Shown piece after piece: positions 1 through 8,787 of a stretch of DNA of 64,000 nucleotides. A program made the position numbers and the translations under genes. How positions within the stretch are numbered: the first letter of the stretch is position 1; each line of letters begins with the position of its first letter. Origin of the DNA: an uncultured Acidobacteriota bacterium (GTDB taxonomy: Bacteria > Acidobacteriota > Thermoanaerobaculia > Multivoradales > UBA5704); assembly GCA_963700145.1 (NCBI GenBank), contig OY969474.1:4644916-4708915 (forward strand), in the 5' to 3' direction. Under the pieces are notes generated by a model. The model was not told the DNA's origin. It did not search any database and saw only the letters and a list, made by a program, of their open reading frames with translations.

Positions 1-1
1 G

Positions 2-157
2 GCCTGGATCAACGTCGTGCGCCTGGGCGAGATCGGCCCGGCGCTCCGCGCCTGCATCACCAACTACCGCACCCGGGAGAGCGACCTCGAGGCCCTCGTC
101 CGGGCGCTTGCCCGGGCCCGGGAGCTGTCCCACAATGTCGGCGCACGGCACTCTTGA
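2..157 (+). CDS. 3' end of an upstream gene that begins outside the window; product unknown. It directly precedes mbtH, so it may be a nonribosomal-peptide-synthetase-associated protein.
   Basis: Open frame from the window edge to TGA at 155-157. It is followed by an AAGGAG RBS and the mbtH start. Confidence 0.3.
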   Translation, partial: AWINVVRLGEIGPALRACITNYRTRESDLEALVRALARARELSHNVGARHS

Positions 158-180
158 AGTGGAAACTAAGGAGATCCGTC

Positions 181-429
181 ATGGCCTGGGACGACGAGAG
201 GGAGGACACCACGATCTACAAGGTCGTGATGAACCACGAGGAGCAGTACTCGATCTGGCCCGCCCACCGCGAGAACCCGCTGGGCTGGAACGACGTCGGG
301 AAGTCCGGCACCAAGCAGGAGTGCCTCGACTACATCAAGGAAGTCTGGACCGACATGCGGCCGCTGTCGCTGCGCAAGAAGATGGAGGAGATGGAGCGGC
401 AGCGCCAGACGGAGCAGCCGAGCAACTGA
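181..429 (+). CDS. mbtH: MbtH-like protein (nonribosomal-peptide-synthetase accessory)
   Basis: Translation [49 protein letters not shown] matches the MbtH family signature (SxWP, NPLGW, CLxYI, WTDMRP). RBS AAGGAG at about 170-175; ATG at 181. Confidence 0.9.
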   Translation: MAWDDEREDTTIYKVVMNHEEQYSIWPAHRENPLGWNDVGKSGTKQECLDYIKEVWTDMRPLSLRKKMEEMERQRQTEQPSN

Positions 430-1196
430 GCCGCGCCACCCCCTGGCTCGCCTACCGGGAGATCGACCCGCGGGCGCGCCTCCGCCTCTTCTGCTTCCCC
501 TATGCCGGCGGCGGGGCCTCGGCCTACCGCGCCTGGGGCGCGGCGCTCCCCGCCGGCATCGAGGTCTGCCCCGTCCAGCTCCCCGGCCGCGAGGGCCGGC
601 TGCGAGAGGCGCCGTTCACGCGGATGGAGCCGCTGGTCGAGGCGCTCGCCGGCGCGCTGCCGCTCGCCGACCTCCCCTTCGCCTTCTTCGGCCACAGCCT
701 CGGGGCGCTCATCGCCTACGAGCTGGCGCGCGCCCTCCGCCGCCGCGGCGGCCCCGAGCCGCTCGCCCTCCTCCTCTCCGGTCGCCGCGGCCCGCGCGTG
801 CCGCCGCGCGAGGAGCCGATCCACGCGCTGCCGGAGGCGGAGTTCATGGCCCGCCTGCGCGAGCTCAACGGCACGCCGGAGGAGGTGCTCGAGCACGGCG
901 AGCTGATGGCGCTGCTCCTGCCTCTCCTGCGCGCCGACTTCGCCCTGCACGAGACCTGGGAGCTCCGGCCGGAGGAGCCGCTCGGGATCGGCATCTCCGC
1001 CTTCGGCGGCCTCGCCGACCCCGAGGTCACCCGCGAGGACCTGGAGGACTGGCGCGGCGAGACGCGCGGCCGCTTCCGCCTCCGCATGCTGCCCGGCGAC
1101 CACTTCTTCCTCCACTCGGAGCGGGCGCTGCTCATCGAGGCGGTGGCGCGCGACCTCTTCGAGCTGGCGCCGCTGCCCGCCGCGGCGCCCCCTTGA
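426..1196 (+). CDS. Type II thioesterase (nonribosomal-peptide/polyketide editing thioesterase, alpha/beta hydrolase)
   Basis: Carries the [17 protein letters not shown] and GHSLGA(LIAYELA) nucleophile-elbow motifs typical of GrsT/SrfAD-type TEII, and the C-terminal PGDHFF motif. The start is uncertain: there is no ATG or GTG between the mbtH stop and the conserved N-terminus (CTG at 426 or non-canonical). Confidence 0.8.
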   Translation: MSRATPWLAYREIDPRARLRLFCFPYAGGGASAYRAWGAALPAGIEVCPVQLPGREGRLREAPFTRMEPLVEALAGALPLADLPFAFFGHSLGALIAYELARALRRRGGPEPLALLLSGRRGPRVPPREEPIHALPEAEFMARLRELNGTPEEVLEHGELMALLLPLLRADFALHETWELRPEEPLGIGISAFGGLADPEVTREDLEDWRGETRGRFRLRMLPGDHFFLHSERALLIEAVARDLFELAPLPAAAPP

Positions 1197-1942
1197 CCGC
1201 CTTCGCGCCGCGCGCCGCCGGCGCGCCGCTCGAGCTGCCGCCGGGCGAGGTCCACGTCTGGGCGGCGCGCCTCGACCCGCCGCCCGAGCGGGTGGCGGCG
1301 CTGCGCTCGACCCTCGCCGCCGACGAGCGGGCGCGCGCCGACCGCTTCCGCTTCGAGGTCCACCGCCGCCGCTTCGCCGTCGGCCGCGGCCTGCTGCGCG
1401 AGCTGCTCGGCGCCTACCTGGGCGCCTCCCCCGAGCGGCTCGCCTTCGTCTACGGCGAGCGCGGCAAGCCCGACCTCGCCCCCGCCACCGCGCGCCCCGG
1501 CGCGCCGCTCCACTTCAACCTCTCCCACTCGCACGAGCTGGCGGTCCTGGCGGTGACCCGCGAGCGCGAGATCGGTGCCGACGTCGAGCAGCTCAAGCCG
1601 ATGGACGACCTCGAGCGGATCGCCGAGCGCTTCTTCTCGGCGCCGGAGAACGCGGCGCTGCGCGGGCTGCCGGCGGCGGAGCGGCAGCGCGCCTTCTTCC
1701 GCTGCTGGACGCGGAAGGAGGCGTATCTCAAGGCCGTGGGGGTCGGGCTGGCGGCGCCGCTCGACTCGTTCGTGGTGACGCTGGGGCCGGAGGAGCCGCC
1801 GCGGATGCTGTCGCTCGAAGAGGACGCGGCGCGCGGCGAGCGCTGGAACCTCTGGCACCTCGAGCCGGAGGAGGGCTACTTCGGGGCGGTGGCGGTCGAG
1901 GCGGCGGGGCTCGTGCTCCGCGCCTGGAAGATGGTGACCTGA
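1193..1942 (+). CDS. Sfp-type 4'-phosphopantetheinyl transferase
   Basis: Motifs FNLSHSHELAVLA, GADVE and KEAYLKAVGVG are characteristic of Sfp/EntD-family PPTases. The TTG start overlaps the TEII stop. Confidence 0.85.
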   Translation: MTAFAPRAAGAPLELPPGEVHVWAARLDPPPERVAALRSTLAADERARADRFRFEVHRRRFAVGRGLLRELLGAYLGASPERLAFVYGERGKPDLAPATARPGAPLHFNLSHSHELAVLAVTREREIGADVEQLKPMDDLERIAERFFSAPENAALRGLPAAERQRAFFRCWTRKEAYLKAVGVGLAAPLDSFVVTLGPEEPPRMLSLEEDAARGERWNLWHLEPEEGYFGAVAVEAAGLVLRAWKMVT

Positions 1943-3771
1943 GGCCGGCCCAGCCAGGCGTCGAGGCGCGCGGTCTGCTCGAGCGTGGCGTTGGGGTCGA
2001 CCTCCAGCCGCCAGCGCTCGGGCGGCTTCTCGCCGAGCACCACGGCGAGCGGGATCAGCCGCTCGCGGCGGGCGACCAGGAGCTCGGTCTTGTCCCCCGG
2101 CCGGAACGCCTTGAGCCGCTCCTCGAGCTTCTCCGGCGGCACGCGGTAGCCGCCCAGGGCGAGGATCTCGTCCTCGACGTTGACGCCGGCGGCGTGCCCC
2201 GGGGTGCCGCGCTTGACCTCGGTGACCAGGAGGCGCCCGTCCCGCACCTCGACCTCCACCCCCAGCCACCCCGCCGGCTCCTCGGGCTCGGCCTCCTCCT
2301 TCTTCCACTTCGAGTCCTTGAACCGCAGGCCGTACCAGGCGAGGGCCTCGCGGTAGTCGAGCTCGGCGGGGCTGGACACCGCCTGTCCCAGCCACGCCTC
2401 CTGCGGCCCGCCCGCCACCTCTGAGATCAGCGCCAGGAACTCCTCGTGGCGGTAGCCGTGGGGCGCCCCCGCCCAGCGGGCCCAGGCGCGCCGCATGACG
2501 TCGTCGAGGCTGGCCTTCCCGGCCGAGACCATGCGGATGCGGGCGTCGAGCAGGAACCCGACGAGCGACCCCTTGAGGTAGTAGCTGACCGTGGCGTTAG
2601 GGGAGTTCTCGTCGCGGCGGTAGTGCTTGATCCAGGCGTCGAACGAGGCCTCGTCGAGCGGCTGCACCAGCCGGCCCGGCTGCGTCTGCAGCCGCTCGAT
2701 GTCGCGCGACAGGCGCTTGAGGTACTCGTCGCGCGTCGAGAGCCCGGCGCGGTGCACCAGGAGGTCGTCGTAGTAGGCGGTCAGCCCCTCGGCGATCCAC
2801 AGGCTCGGGGTGTAGACCTCGGTCTCGTAGTCGAACGGCGGCTCCAGCTCGCGCGGCCGCAGCCGCTTGACGTTCCAGGCATGGAAGAGCTCGTGGCTGG
2901 CGAGGGCCAGCCAGTCGAGCCACCCCTCGCGGGTGCGCGCCTTCCAGCGGCTGGTCATGACGGTGAACGACTCGGCGTGCTCGAGCCCGCCCGTGCCCTC
3001 GACGATCAGGTTGAGGAAGACGAAGCGGTCGTACGGGAGGTTGCCCCAGAAGGCCATCTGCTCGCGCACCAGCCGCTCCAGCTCGGAGGCCGAGCGGGGG
3101 CCGTCCCAGACCCCGCCCTCCCCCTCGTTGGCCAGCAGGTGGCTGCGCCCGCCGACCTCGAAGCGGTGGAGGGCGGGGTTGCCGAGGAGGATGGGGGCGT
3201 CGACGAGGGCGTCGTAGTCGTCCGCGCGGTAGCGGTTGGGGCCGCCGACCGGCTCGAGAGCGGTCACCACCGACGCCCACTGCGGCGCCGGCTCGATCTC
3301 GACGAAGTGGGTGCGCTGGCGGTCGGCGGCGACGGTCAAGAAGGTCGCGGCGCCGTTCAAGAAGGCGAAGTCGCGCTCGATGAAGTTGCCGCGCACCGTC
3401 AGCTCCCGCCCGTAGAGACGGTAGCGGACGGCGATCAGCGGCCGCCCGCCGGCGATCACCCGCCAGCGGCTCTTGGACGTCTTCTCGATCTCCAGCGGGA
3501 ACCCTTCGGGCGTCGCGGCGGCGATCTGCTCGACGTTGCGCTCGTACTCGCGGACCAGGTAGGAGCCCGGGGTCCACACCGGCATCATCAGCTCGAGGTG
3601 ATTGACGCGGCCGGTGGGGATCAGCGCCTCGACCTCGACGGTGTGCGACTCCGGGCTCGGGAAGCGGAGGGTGTAGGTGATCGGCTCGGGCAGGGCGAGC
3701 GCGTGCCCGGCGGCCGTCGAGGCGCCGGCGAGCAGGAGGAAGGCGGCGAGGGGGAGGAGGCTGCGGCGCAT
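1876..3771 (-). CDS. M61 family glycyl aminopeptidase with a C-terminal PDZ domain; secreted (signal peptide)
   Basis: Signal-peptide-like N-terminus MRRSLLPLAAFLLLAGASTAAG. HELFHAWN (HExxH) zinc motif with downstream Glu, as in M61 peptidases. The C-terminal region is PDZ-like. The ORF-track ORF extends upstream, but the first Met followed by a signal peptide is at 3771. Confidence 0.8.
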   Translation of the reverse strand: MRRSLLPLAAFLLLAGASTAAGHALALPEPITYTLRFPSPESHTVEVEALIPTGRVNHLELMMPVWTPGSYLVREYERNVEQIAAATPEGFPLEIEKTSKSRWRVIAGGRPLIAVRYRLYGRELTVRGNFIERDFAFLNGAATFLTVAADRQRTHFVEIEPAPQWASVVTALEPVGGPNRYRADDYDALVDAPILLGNPALHRFEVGGRSHLLANEGEGGVWDGPRSASELERLVREQMAFWGNLPYDRFVFLNLIVEGTGGLEHAESFTVMTSRWKARTREGWLDWLALASHELFHAWNVKRLRPRELEPPFDYETEVYTPSLWIAEGLTAYYDDLLVHRAGLSTRDEYLKRLSRDIERLQTQPGRLVQPLDEASFDAWIKHYRRDENSPNATVSYYLKGSLVGFLLDARIRMVSAGKASLDDVMRRAWARWAGAPHGYRHEEFLALISEVAGGPQEAWLGQAVSSPAELDYREALAWYGLRFKDSKWKKEEAEPEEPAGWLGVEVEVRDGRLLVTEVKRGTPGHAAGVNVEDEILALGGYRVPPEKLEERLKAFRPGDKTELLVARRERLIPLAVVLGEKPPERWRLEVDPNATLEQTARLDAWLGRPQVTIFQARSTSPAASTATAPK

Positions 3772-3955
3772 CCATCCGGGAGCGCGTGCCACCGCACGCG
3801 CGAGAGCGACGGAGTCAGCGGCAGACCATAGCAGATCGCCCGCAGACGCCCGGCACGTAGGCCGGGCGCTACGTAGCGGCGGGCCTACGTGCCCGCCGTG
3901 TTCGCGGCGGGCGCCTGCTGGCGCTCCGCCGCGGCTTTGGGGGAGACTCCGCGCC

Positions 3956-5125
3956 GTGATCGCCCTTGGCAGCGAGCGGGAGCTGGAGCGCGAGGCGCCC
4001 TCGCTGTGGGCGGCGCTCTCGCCGCTCGGGCGGCGGCTGGCGGGCGGTGAGGCCGAGGCGGGGGCGGAGGGCGGAGCGTCCACGGGCGCGCCGGCGCTCG
4101 GCCTGCCGGAGCTGCGCCGGCGCTGGCGCGGCTGGCAGCGGCGGGAGGGGCCGGCGGCGTCGTCCACGCTGCCAGCCACGACGGTCGGGCTCTCGCACGC
4201 CCTGTCGCTGGTCGCGGACCTCTTCGCCGGGCCGGGGCGCGCGGTGGCGGTGCCGCAGCCCTTCTGGGGCAACTACCGGCAGTGCTTCGAGATGCGCAAC
4301 GGCGCGCGCCTTCTGACCGCGCCGGCCTACCGCGGCGGCCGCTTCAACCCGCACGCCTGGAGCGAGGCCCTCGCCGAGGTGCCGGCGGGGGAGCCGGCGG
4401 TGGCGATCGTCAACCTCCCCTCGAACCCCGGCGGCTACTCGCCGGCGCCGGCGGAGCGCCAGGTCATGCTCGACGCGCTGGTCGCGGAGGCCGGCCGGCG
4501 GCCGCTCCTCGTGCTCTGCGACGACGCCTACGCCGGCCTGGTCTTCGAGCCGGGCATCCCGGCGGCGTCCCCGTTCTGGGACTTGGCGGGCGCCCATCCC
4601 AACCTCGTGGCGGTCAAGGTGGACGGCGCGACCAAGGAGTTCTCCTTCTTCGGCGGCCGGGTGGGGTTCCTCACCTTCGCGCTGGAGCCGGACGGGGAGG
4701 CGGCGCGGGCGCTGGAGGCGATGGGCGGGCGGCTGGCCGCAGCGACGATGGGCGCGCCGGCCGCGGCGCCGCAGGAGGTCCTGCTCGCCGCCCTGCGCCA
4801 AGAGGGGATCGAGCGCGAGATCGAGACGGTCCGCGCCCTCCTCGCCGGCCGCTACCGCGCCCTCCGCGACGCCCTCGCCGCCGCCGACCCGGCCCTGCTC
4901 CATGCCCTGCCCTTCAACTCCGGCTGCTTCGCCCTCGTCGAGCTACCCGGGGGTCTGAAGACCGACGTCCACGCCGTCCGCCGCCACCTCCTCGACCACT
5001 GGGACACCGGCGTCATCTCCCTGGAACCCCGCTACCTCCGGATCGCCCACTGCTCGGTGGACGAAGCGGCACTGCCGGAGCTGGTACGGCGGCTGGAAGG
5101 GGGAGTAGGGGAGCTCGTCGGGTAA
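3956..5125 (+). CDS. PLP-dependent aminotransferase (class I/II fold)
   Basis: SNPGGYSP (NPxGxx) motif, LVLCDDAYAGLVFE and KEFSFFGGRVGF (Lys-containing) regions typical of fold-type I aminotransferases. GTG start at 3956 is chosen because upstream sequence overlaps the convergent peptidase gene. Confidence 0.6.
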   Translation: MIALGSERELEREAPSLWAALSPLGRRLAGGEAEAGAEGGASTGAPALGLPELRRRWRGWQRREGPAASSTLPATTVGLSHALSLVADLFAGPGRAVAVPQPFWGNYRQCFEMRNGARLLTAPAYRGGRFNPHAWSEALAEVPAGEPAVAIVNLPSNPGGYSPAPAERQVMLDALVAEAGRRPLLVLCDDAYAGLVFEPGIPAASPFWDLAGAHPNLVAVKVDGATKEFSFFGGRVGFLTFALEPDGEAARALEAMGGRLAAATMGAPAAAPQEVLLAALRQEGIEREIETVRALLAGRYRALRDALAAADPALLHALPFNSGCFALVELPGGLKTDVHAVRRHLLDHWDTGVISLEPRYLRIAHCSVDEAALPELVRRLEGGVGELVG

Positions 5126-5129
5126 AGGC

Positions 5130-5566
5130 GGAGCCGGCCGGGGAGCCTTCCCCCGCGGCGCGGGCGACTTCCCGGAGCGTCCGGGAGCTTCCCCCGAGGC
5201 CGCGGAACAATGCCCGGACGCTCCGCGCAGAGTTCCCAACGGCTCGGAACAGTGCCCGGACGGCCCGGGAACTGTTCCCCACGACTTGGAACAACGCCCG
5301 GACGGCCCGGGCAGAGTTCCCAACGCCTCGGAACAATGCCCGGACGGTTCGGGAGCTGTTCCGGACGCTTCGGGAACAGTCCCCAAGGGCTTGGAACAAT
5401 GCCCGGACGCTCCGGGCATTGTTTCCAACGGTTTGGAACTCTTCCCGGTCCGTCCGGGCATTGTTCCCGGGGGCGGGGAACTCTTCCCGAACCGTCCGGG
5501 CATTGTTCCCGAGAGCTGGGAACTCTTCCCGGTCCGTCCGGGCATTGTTCCCGAGGGCTGGGAACT
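5130..5566. repeat. Array of about 10 imperfect palindromic units (about 34 bp, core GGAACARTGCCCGGACGGYCCGGGCAKWGTTCC). Orientation switches midway through the array.
   Basis: Recurrence of GGAACAATGCCCGGACG and its reverse complement CGTCCGGGCATTGTTCC every ~40 bp (units separated by ~8-10-bp linkers), seen directly in the sequence. The ORFs in this interval translate to repetitive low-complexity peptides and are not called. Confidence 0.8.
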
Positions 5567-5574
5567 CCTCCCGG

Positions 5575-6939
5575 GGATGTGTCCCGATTCTTGTGGAGAT
5601 TCGGCGTAACCCCCTGACTGTCGGGTTGACGTTAGCTCCTCACGCGGCCTGCGTCCAAATCGTGGCGAGGAAACGTTGCAGGTCTTGGTGGCCATTGACG
5701 CTGCGTAGGCGGATCTGGCCGCAGGCCACCAGTGCCCAGAGCAGGGTCAAGGCCGCCTCTTCGGTGGCGAAGCTGGCCTGGGTCTTGGTGCGGCGTCGAA
5801 ACTCGCGATGGAGGTTTTCCAGCGCGTTGGTCGAGCGTAGGGTCCTCCACAGCGAGCGGGGAAACTCGTAGAAGGTCAACAGCTCCTCTCCGGCCTCCTC
5901 GAGCGAGCGGGCGACAGCCGGACACAGGCGAGACCACTTGGCGAGGAAGGCCGCGTAGGCCTGATGGGCCGCCCCACCGTCGCGGGCCTCGACGATCGGG
6001 CGCCAGTCGCGCCGGAGCTCGCCGCGAGCATGGCGCGGGCAGTGCTCCAGCAGGTTTCGGAGCTTGTGCTGGGTGCAACGCTGCACGCGCACCCCCGGCC
6101 ACGCCGCCAGCGCCTTGCGCAAGCCAGCGTGGCCGTCGACGATGAGCAACTCGGGCGCCGCCAAGCCCCGCCGCTGCAGATCCTCGAGCAGCTCGCCCCA
6201 CAGCCGCGCCGCCTCGCTCGTGGCCAACCGTAACGCCACCAGGACCTTGCCGCCATCGGGGCGCACGCCCAGAGCGGCCAGCACCGGCACCGCCACCACC
6301 CGCCGGGCCAGCCGCACCTTGACGTGGAACCCGTCGAGAAACAGCAGCGCGTAACGCTCGCCCGCACAATCGCGCTCCCGCCAGGCCGCAAACCGCTCTT
6401 TGAGCCGCCCCACCACGCGCGAGGCCGCGCTCTTGGACAGGTGCTCTTCTCCCAGCAGCGGCGCCAGCGCCTTGCCGATCCGTCGGCTATTGGCCCCCGC
6501 CAGATAGCACGACAGGATCGCCGCGTCGATCTCCCGCACCCGCCGCGCGTAGCGCGGCACCAACGCGCTGGCGAACTCTTCCGTCGTGCCCTCCACTGTG
6601 GCCACCCGACCGCGCGGCACCCGCAGCGGCCGGGTCCCCGCCACCGTCGTCACCCGCCGTAGCGTGGCTCCGTTGCGGTAGCCGCGGCGCACCGCCGTCC
6701 GCTCGTAGGGCTGCGCACCCAGCGCCTCCTGAAGCTCCTGCTCTAGCACCAGCTCCACGGCCTCCAGAAGCCTCTGCTCGAGCAGCCGCCGGATGTCCTG
6801 GCGCAGCGGCACCACCTCCTGCTCTGACGTGCTAGCCTCCCACATGGCGTAACCCTCCTCCGCCGCCCACGCGACGGGATGTGCTTGACAGCTAGGAGGT
6901 TACGCCACTTTCTTTTTCCACAAGAATCGGGACGGATCC
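5575..6939 (-). mobile_element. IS256-family insertion sequence (about 1365 bp) with imperfect terminal inverted repeats and an 8-bp target-site duplication
   Basis: Terminal inverted repeats GGATGTGTCCCGATTCTTGTGG (left) and GGATCCGTCCCGATTCTTGTGG (right, reverse complement) match 20 of 22. Direct repeat CCTCCCGG at 5567-5574 and 6940-6947. IS256 characteristically makes 8-bp target duplications. Confidence 0.85.
5640..6845 (-). CDS. IS256-family (Mutator-like) transposase
   Basis: LFLDGFHVKVR and TNALENLHREFRRRTK motifs are IS256-family transposase signatures. About 400 aa. Confidence 0.9.
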   Translation of the reverse strand: MWEASTSEQEVVPLRQDIRRLLEQRLLEAVELVLEQELQEALGAQPYERTAVRRGYRNGATLRRVTTVAGTRPLRVPRGRVATVEGTTEEFASALVPRYARRVREIDAAILSCYLAGANSRRIGKALAPLLGEEHLSKSAASRVVGRLKERFAAWRERDCAGERYALLFLDGFHVKVRLARRVVAVPVLAALGVRPDGGKVLVALRLATSEAARLWGELLEDLQRRGLAAPELLIVDGHAGLRKALAAWPGVRVQRCTQHKLRNLLEHCPRHARGELRRDWRPIVEARDGGAAHQAYAAFLAKWSRLCPAVARSLEEAGEELLTFYEFPRSLWRTLRSTNALENLHREFRRRTKTQASFATEEAALTLLWALVACGQIRLRSVNGHQDLQRFLATIWTQAA

Positions 6940-6947
6940 CCTCCCGG

Positions 6948-7130
6948 TCCGTCCGGGCACTGTTGCTGAGGGCTGAGAACTCTGTCCGAACCGTCCGGGC
7001 AGAGTTTCCGGGCGCTTGGAGCTCCGACCCGACGCCGCGGGAGGAGTTTCTTGCGCCTCCCGACCCGACCCGGACGCTCCGGGAAGAACTCCCGGCGCCC
7101 CGAGCTGCCTCACTGGCTGCTCGAATGTGC
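6948..7130. repeat. Continuation of the palindromic repeat array on the far side of the IS insertion
   Basis: CCGTCCGGGCACTGTTGC and CCGTCCGGGCAGAGTTTCC units of the same family as 5130..5566. Confidence 0.7.
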
Positions 7131-7147
7131 CCGTTAGCCTTTGGCGC

Positions 7148-7390
7148 ATGGCACGGCCAGCGATTCCCCCGCCCGGATTCGACGAGCTCACGGCCGACGA
7201 GAAGCTCGACTACATCCAGGCGCTCTGGGACAGTGTCGCCGCTCACCCGGACGAAGTCCCGCTGCCGGAGTGGCACCGGGAGGTGATCAGGGAGCGGTTG
7301 GCAGCCCATCGCCGCGGAGAAGGGGCGTCGCGGCCCTGGATCGAGGTTCGCGAGGAGCTGCTGTCGCGCCTTCGCTCCGCCGCGCGGTGA
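7148..7390 (+). CDS. Putative addiction-module antitoxin component (TIGR02574-like); no cognate toxin evident
   Basis: ADEKLDYIQALWDSVAAHPDEVPLPEWHREVIRERLAAHRRGE resembles the 'putative addiction module component' family (EEKLELVEALWDSL...LPEWQKEEL...). Confidence 0.55.
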   Translation: MARPAIPPPGFDELTADEKLDYIQALWDSVAAHPDEVPLPEWHREVIRERLAAHRRGEGASRPWIEVREELLSRLRSAAR

Positions 7391-7424
7391 AGCGCCTAAA
7401 CCTCTCTGGCGACGATCGGCGACT

Positions 7425-7619
7425 TCAATCCTCGAGGCCCTTGTAGAGCTCCGATTCGTCTCCCAGCTTGTTGTTTGTCGACTCGAAGAGCCGCGTGGTC
7501 GGCGGGCGGCGATCGCCGTAGAACCGCGAAGCCACCAGGCGAAGGCCCTGGCGAATCAGCTCGGAAGCGGAGTGGTAGGCCGCTCGGGCACGCTTCAAGG
7601 CCTTCACGTTCCTCTTCAC
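7425..7619 (-). CDS. Small hypothetical protein translationally coupled to the upstream nuclease-like gene
   Basis: Its GTG start overlaps the stop of the 7616..8719 gene (GTGA). No recognisable domain. Confidence 0.3.
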   Translation of the reverse strand: MKRNVKALKRARAAYHSASELIRQGLRLVASRFYGDRRPPTTRLFESTNNKLGDESELYKGLED

Positions 7620-8719
7620 TCCGCCTCTTCGGTGTACTCGTCAAGGACGGTGTCAGATAAGTGCGCGAGGTGCTTCTGCCCAGCAAGCTCGCGGAGGCTG
7701 TCGTAAGAGAGATACGTGCAGCTCTCGGCGAGCGGCCCTTTCTCCAGCAAGGAGAACACGGGGCGGCGAATCTCTTGGAAGACCTTTTCGCGCTTAACCG
7801 CGGGAGCGACGAGATGTAACTTGATGTCCATGTTTGGCTGAAGGGCCAGGAGGTCAGCCATGCGCAGGATGCCCGAATACACCGAGGTTGTGTGCTCCAC
7901 TTCAAAAGCCCGGACGATCGACCTCCCCCGCAGCCAGAGCACGTCAATCTGCTCGATCGTTCGGAGAGTGGTATCGTCATAGTTGAGCGGAAGGCGCTGA
8001 AGGAGGTCCTGACCATCGGTCTTCCACTCTTTGAGCACAGCCGCTCGGTCGGCGCGAGGAATCCAGATCGACAACCCCATGCTTGCACCGATCTGAGCAA
8101 TGAGCGCTTGGACTTTGGTCGACTCCCTCGTCTCGATTTCTGGTGCCTGTTGCGCGGCATCAATAACCCCGGAATCTTCGGGCACCGAGACTGTAACTAC
8201 CTTGTCAGGGCGGTTAACGGTATGGGTGGCTAGTTTCTTGATGTCCTGTTCATCGATTGGATAGGGCTTGAGCTCGGTGGATTGGAGCGTCAGCGTTTCG
8301 GCGAGGAACTTACCATCGCGGTCGTCGAGGCGCACCAAGCTGCTGCGGACCTTGCCGGTCCAGCCCGTAGAACCCTTCTCTAGATTTCGGGTGAAGGAGA
8401 GGCCGTTCCAAATTGCATCATCGTGGATTGGGATGGATTTGTCGATCTCCAGCCACACTCGTTCTCGAACGCGGAAGCGCAGGACGAACGGATCATCCTC
8501 GGGCAGGAAGAGCGATTTGTTATCAACGAAGGGCCCCTCAACAACCGCCAAGAGTCCAACCCACCGTGACAAGCGCGTGAGGTAGCACACGAACATATCA
8601 CCGGGTTTGACGCGCTCGGCCATTCCCTTATGGCGCAGGCGAAAGCCCGAAATGTCACGTGCTGAGCGCGTGAATGCGTCGTACGTCTCAGGAGAGCAAA
8701 TGTCGATGAAGTACGCCAT
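7616..8719 (-). CDS. Candidate modification-dependent restriction endonuclease: a PUA-like (EVE/ASCH-type) N-terminal domain fused to a C-terminal PD-(D/E)xK-like nuclease-like region
   Basis: N-terminus MAYFIDICSPETYDAFTR...KPGDMFVCYLT...WVGLLAVVEGPFVD fits the EVE/PUA pattern (YW/F..K..P..F....GD.V.FY......vG...V). C-terminus ...IDVLWLRGRSIVRAFEVEHTTS... is a possible D...ExE nuclease core. G+C is visibly lower than the flanks (by eye). Domain calls are inferred from motifs only. Confidence 0.45.
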   Translation of the reverse strand: MAYFIDICSPETYDAFTRSARDISGFRLRHKGMAERVKPGDMFVCYLTRLSRWVGLLAVVEGPFVDNKSLFLPEDDPFVLRFRVRERVWLEIDKSIPIHDDAIWNGLSFTRNLEKGSTGWTGKVRSSLVRLDDRDGKFLAETLTLQSTELKPYPIDEQDIKKLATHTVNRPDKVVTVSVPEDSGVIDAAQQAPEIETRESTKVQALIAQIGASMGLSIWIPRADRAAVLKEWKTDGQDLLQRLPLNYDDTTLRTIEQIDVLWLRGRSIVRAFEVEHTTSVYSGILRMADLLALQPNMDIKLHLVAPAVKREKVFQEIRRPVFSLLEKGPLAESCTYLSYDSLRELAGQKHLAHLSDTVLDEYTEEAE

Positions 8720-8787
8720 GTACGTTTACGCTCCCGCCTAGGTCAACCGCTCCTTGCGAGCATCTTATCCCCTGCCGGACTTCTGGC

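Noticed and set aside
2446-3831. Long ORFs (461 aa plus-strand; 392 aa minus-strand at 2597..3775) overlapping the M61 peptidase gene
   Set aside because: Arg/Ala/Gly-rich low-complexity translations in alternative frames of a well-supported gene. Typical high-G+C spurious ORFs.
3869-4903. 344-aa minus-strand ORF
   Set aside because: Antisense to the aminotransferase gene. Arg-rich nonsense composition.
5210-5617. ORFs of 135 aa, 107 aa and 128 aa inside the palindromic array
   Set aside because: Their translations are just the repeat unit read in frame (GTVPGRPG and similar), so they are not protein-coding. The array is also not a CRISPR array: the spacers are only about 8-10 bp, the repeats are palindromic with orientation switching, and there are no cas genes.
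7141-7170. TGGCACGG-N5 sequence considered as a possible sigma-54 promoter
   Set aside because: The -12 element does not match TTGC(A/T) and the spacing is inconsistent.
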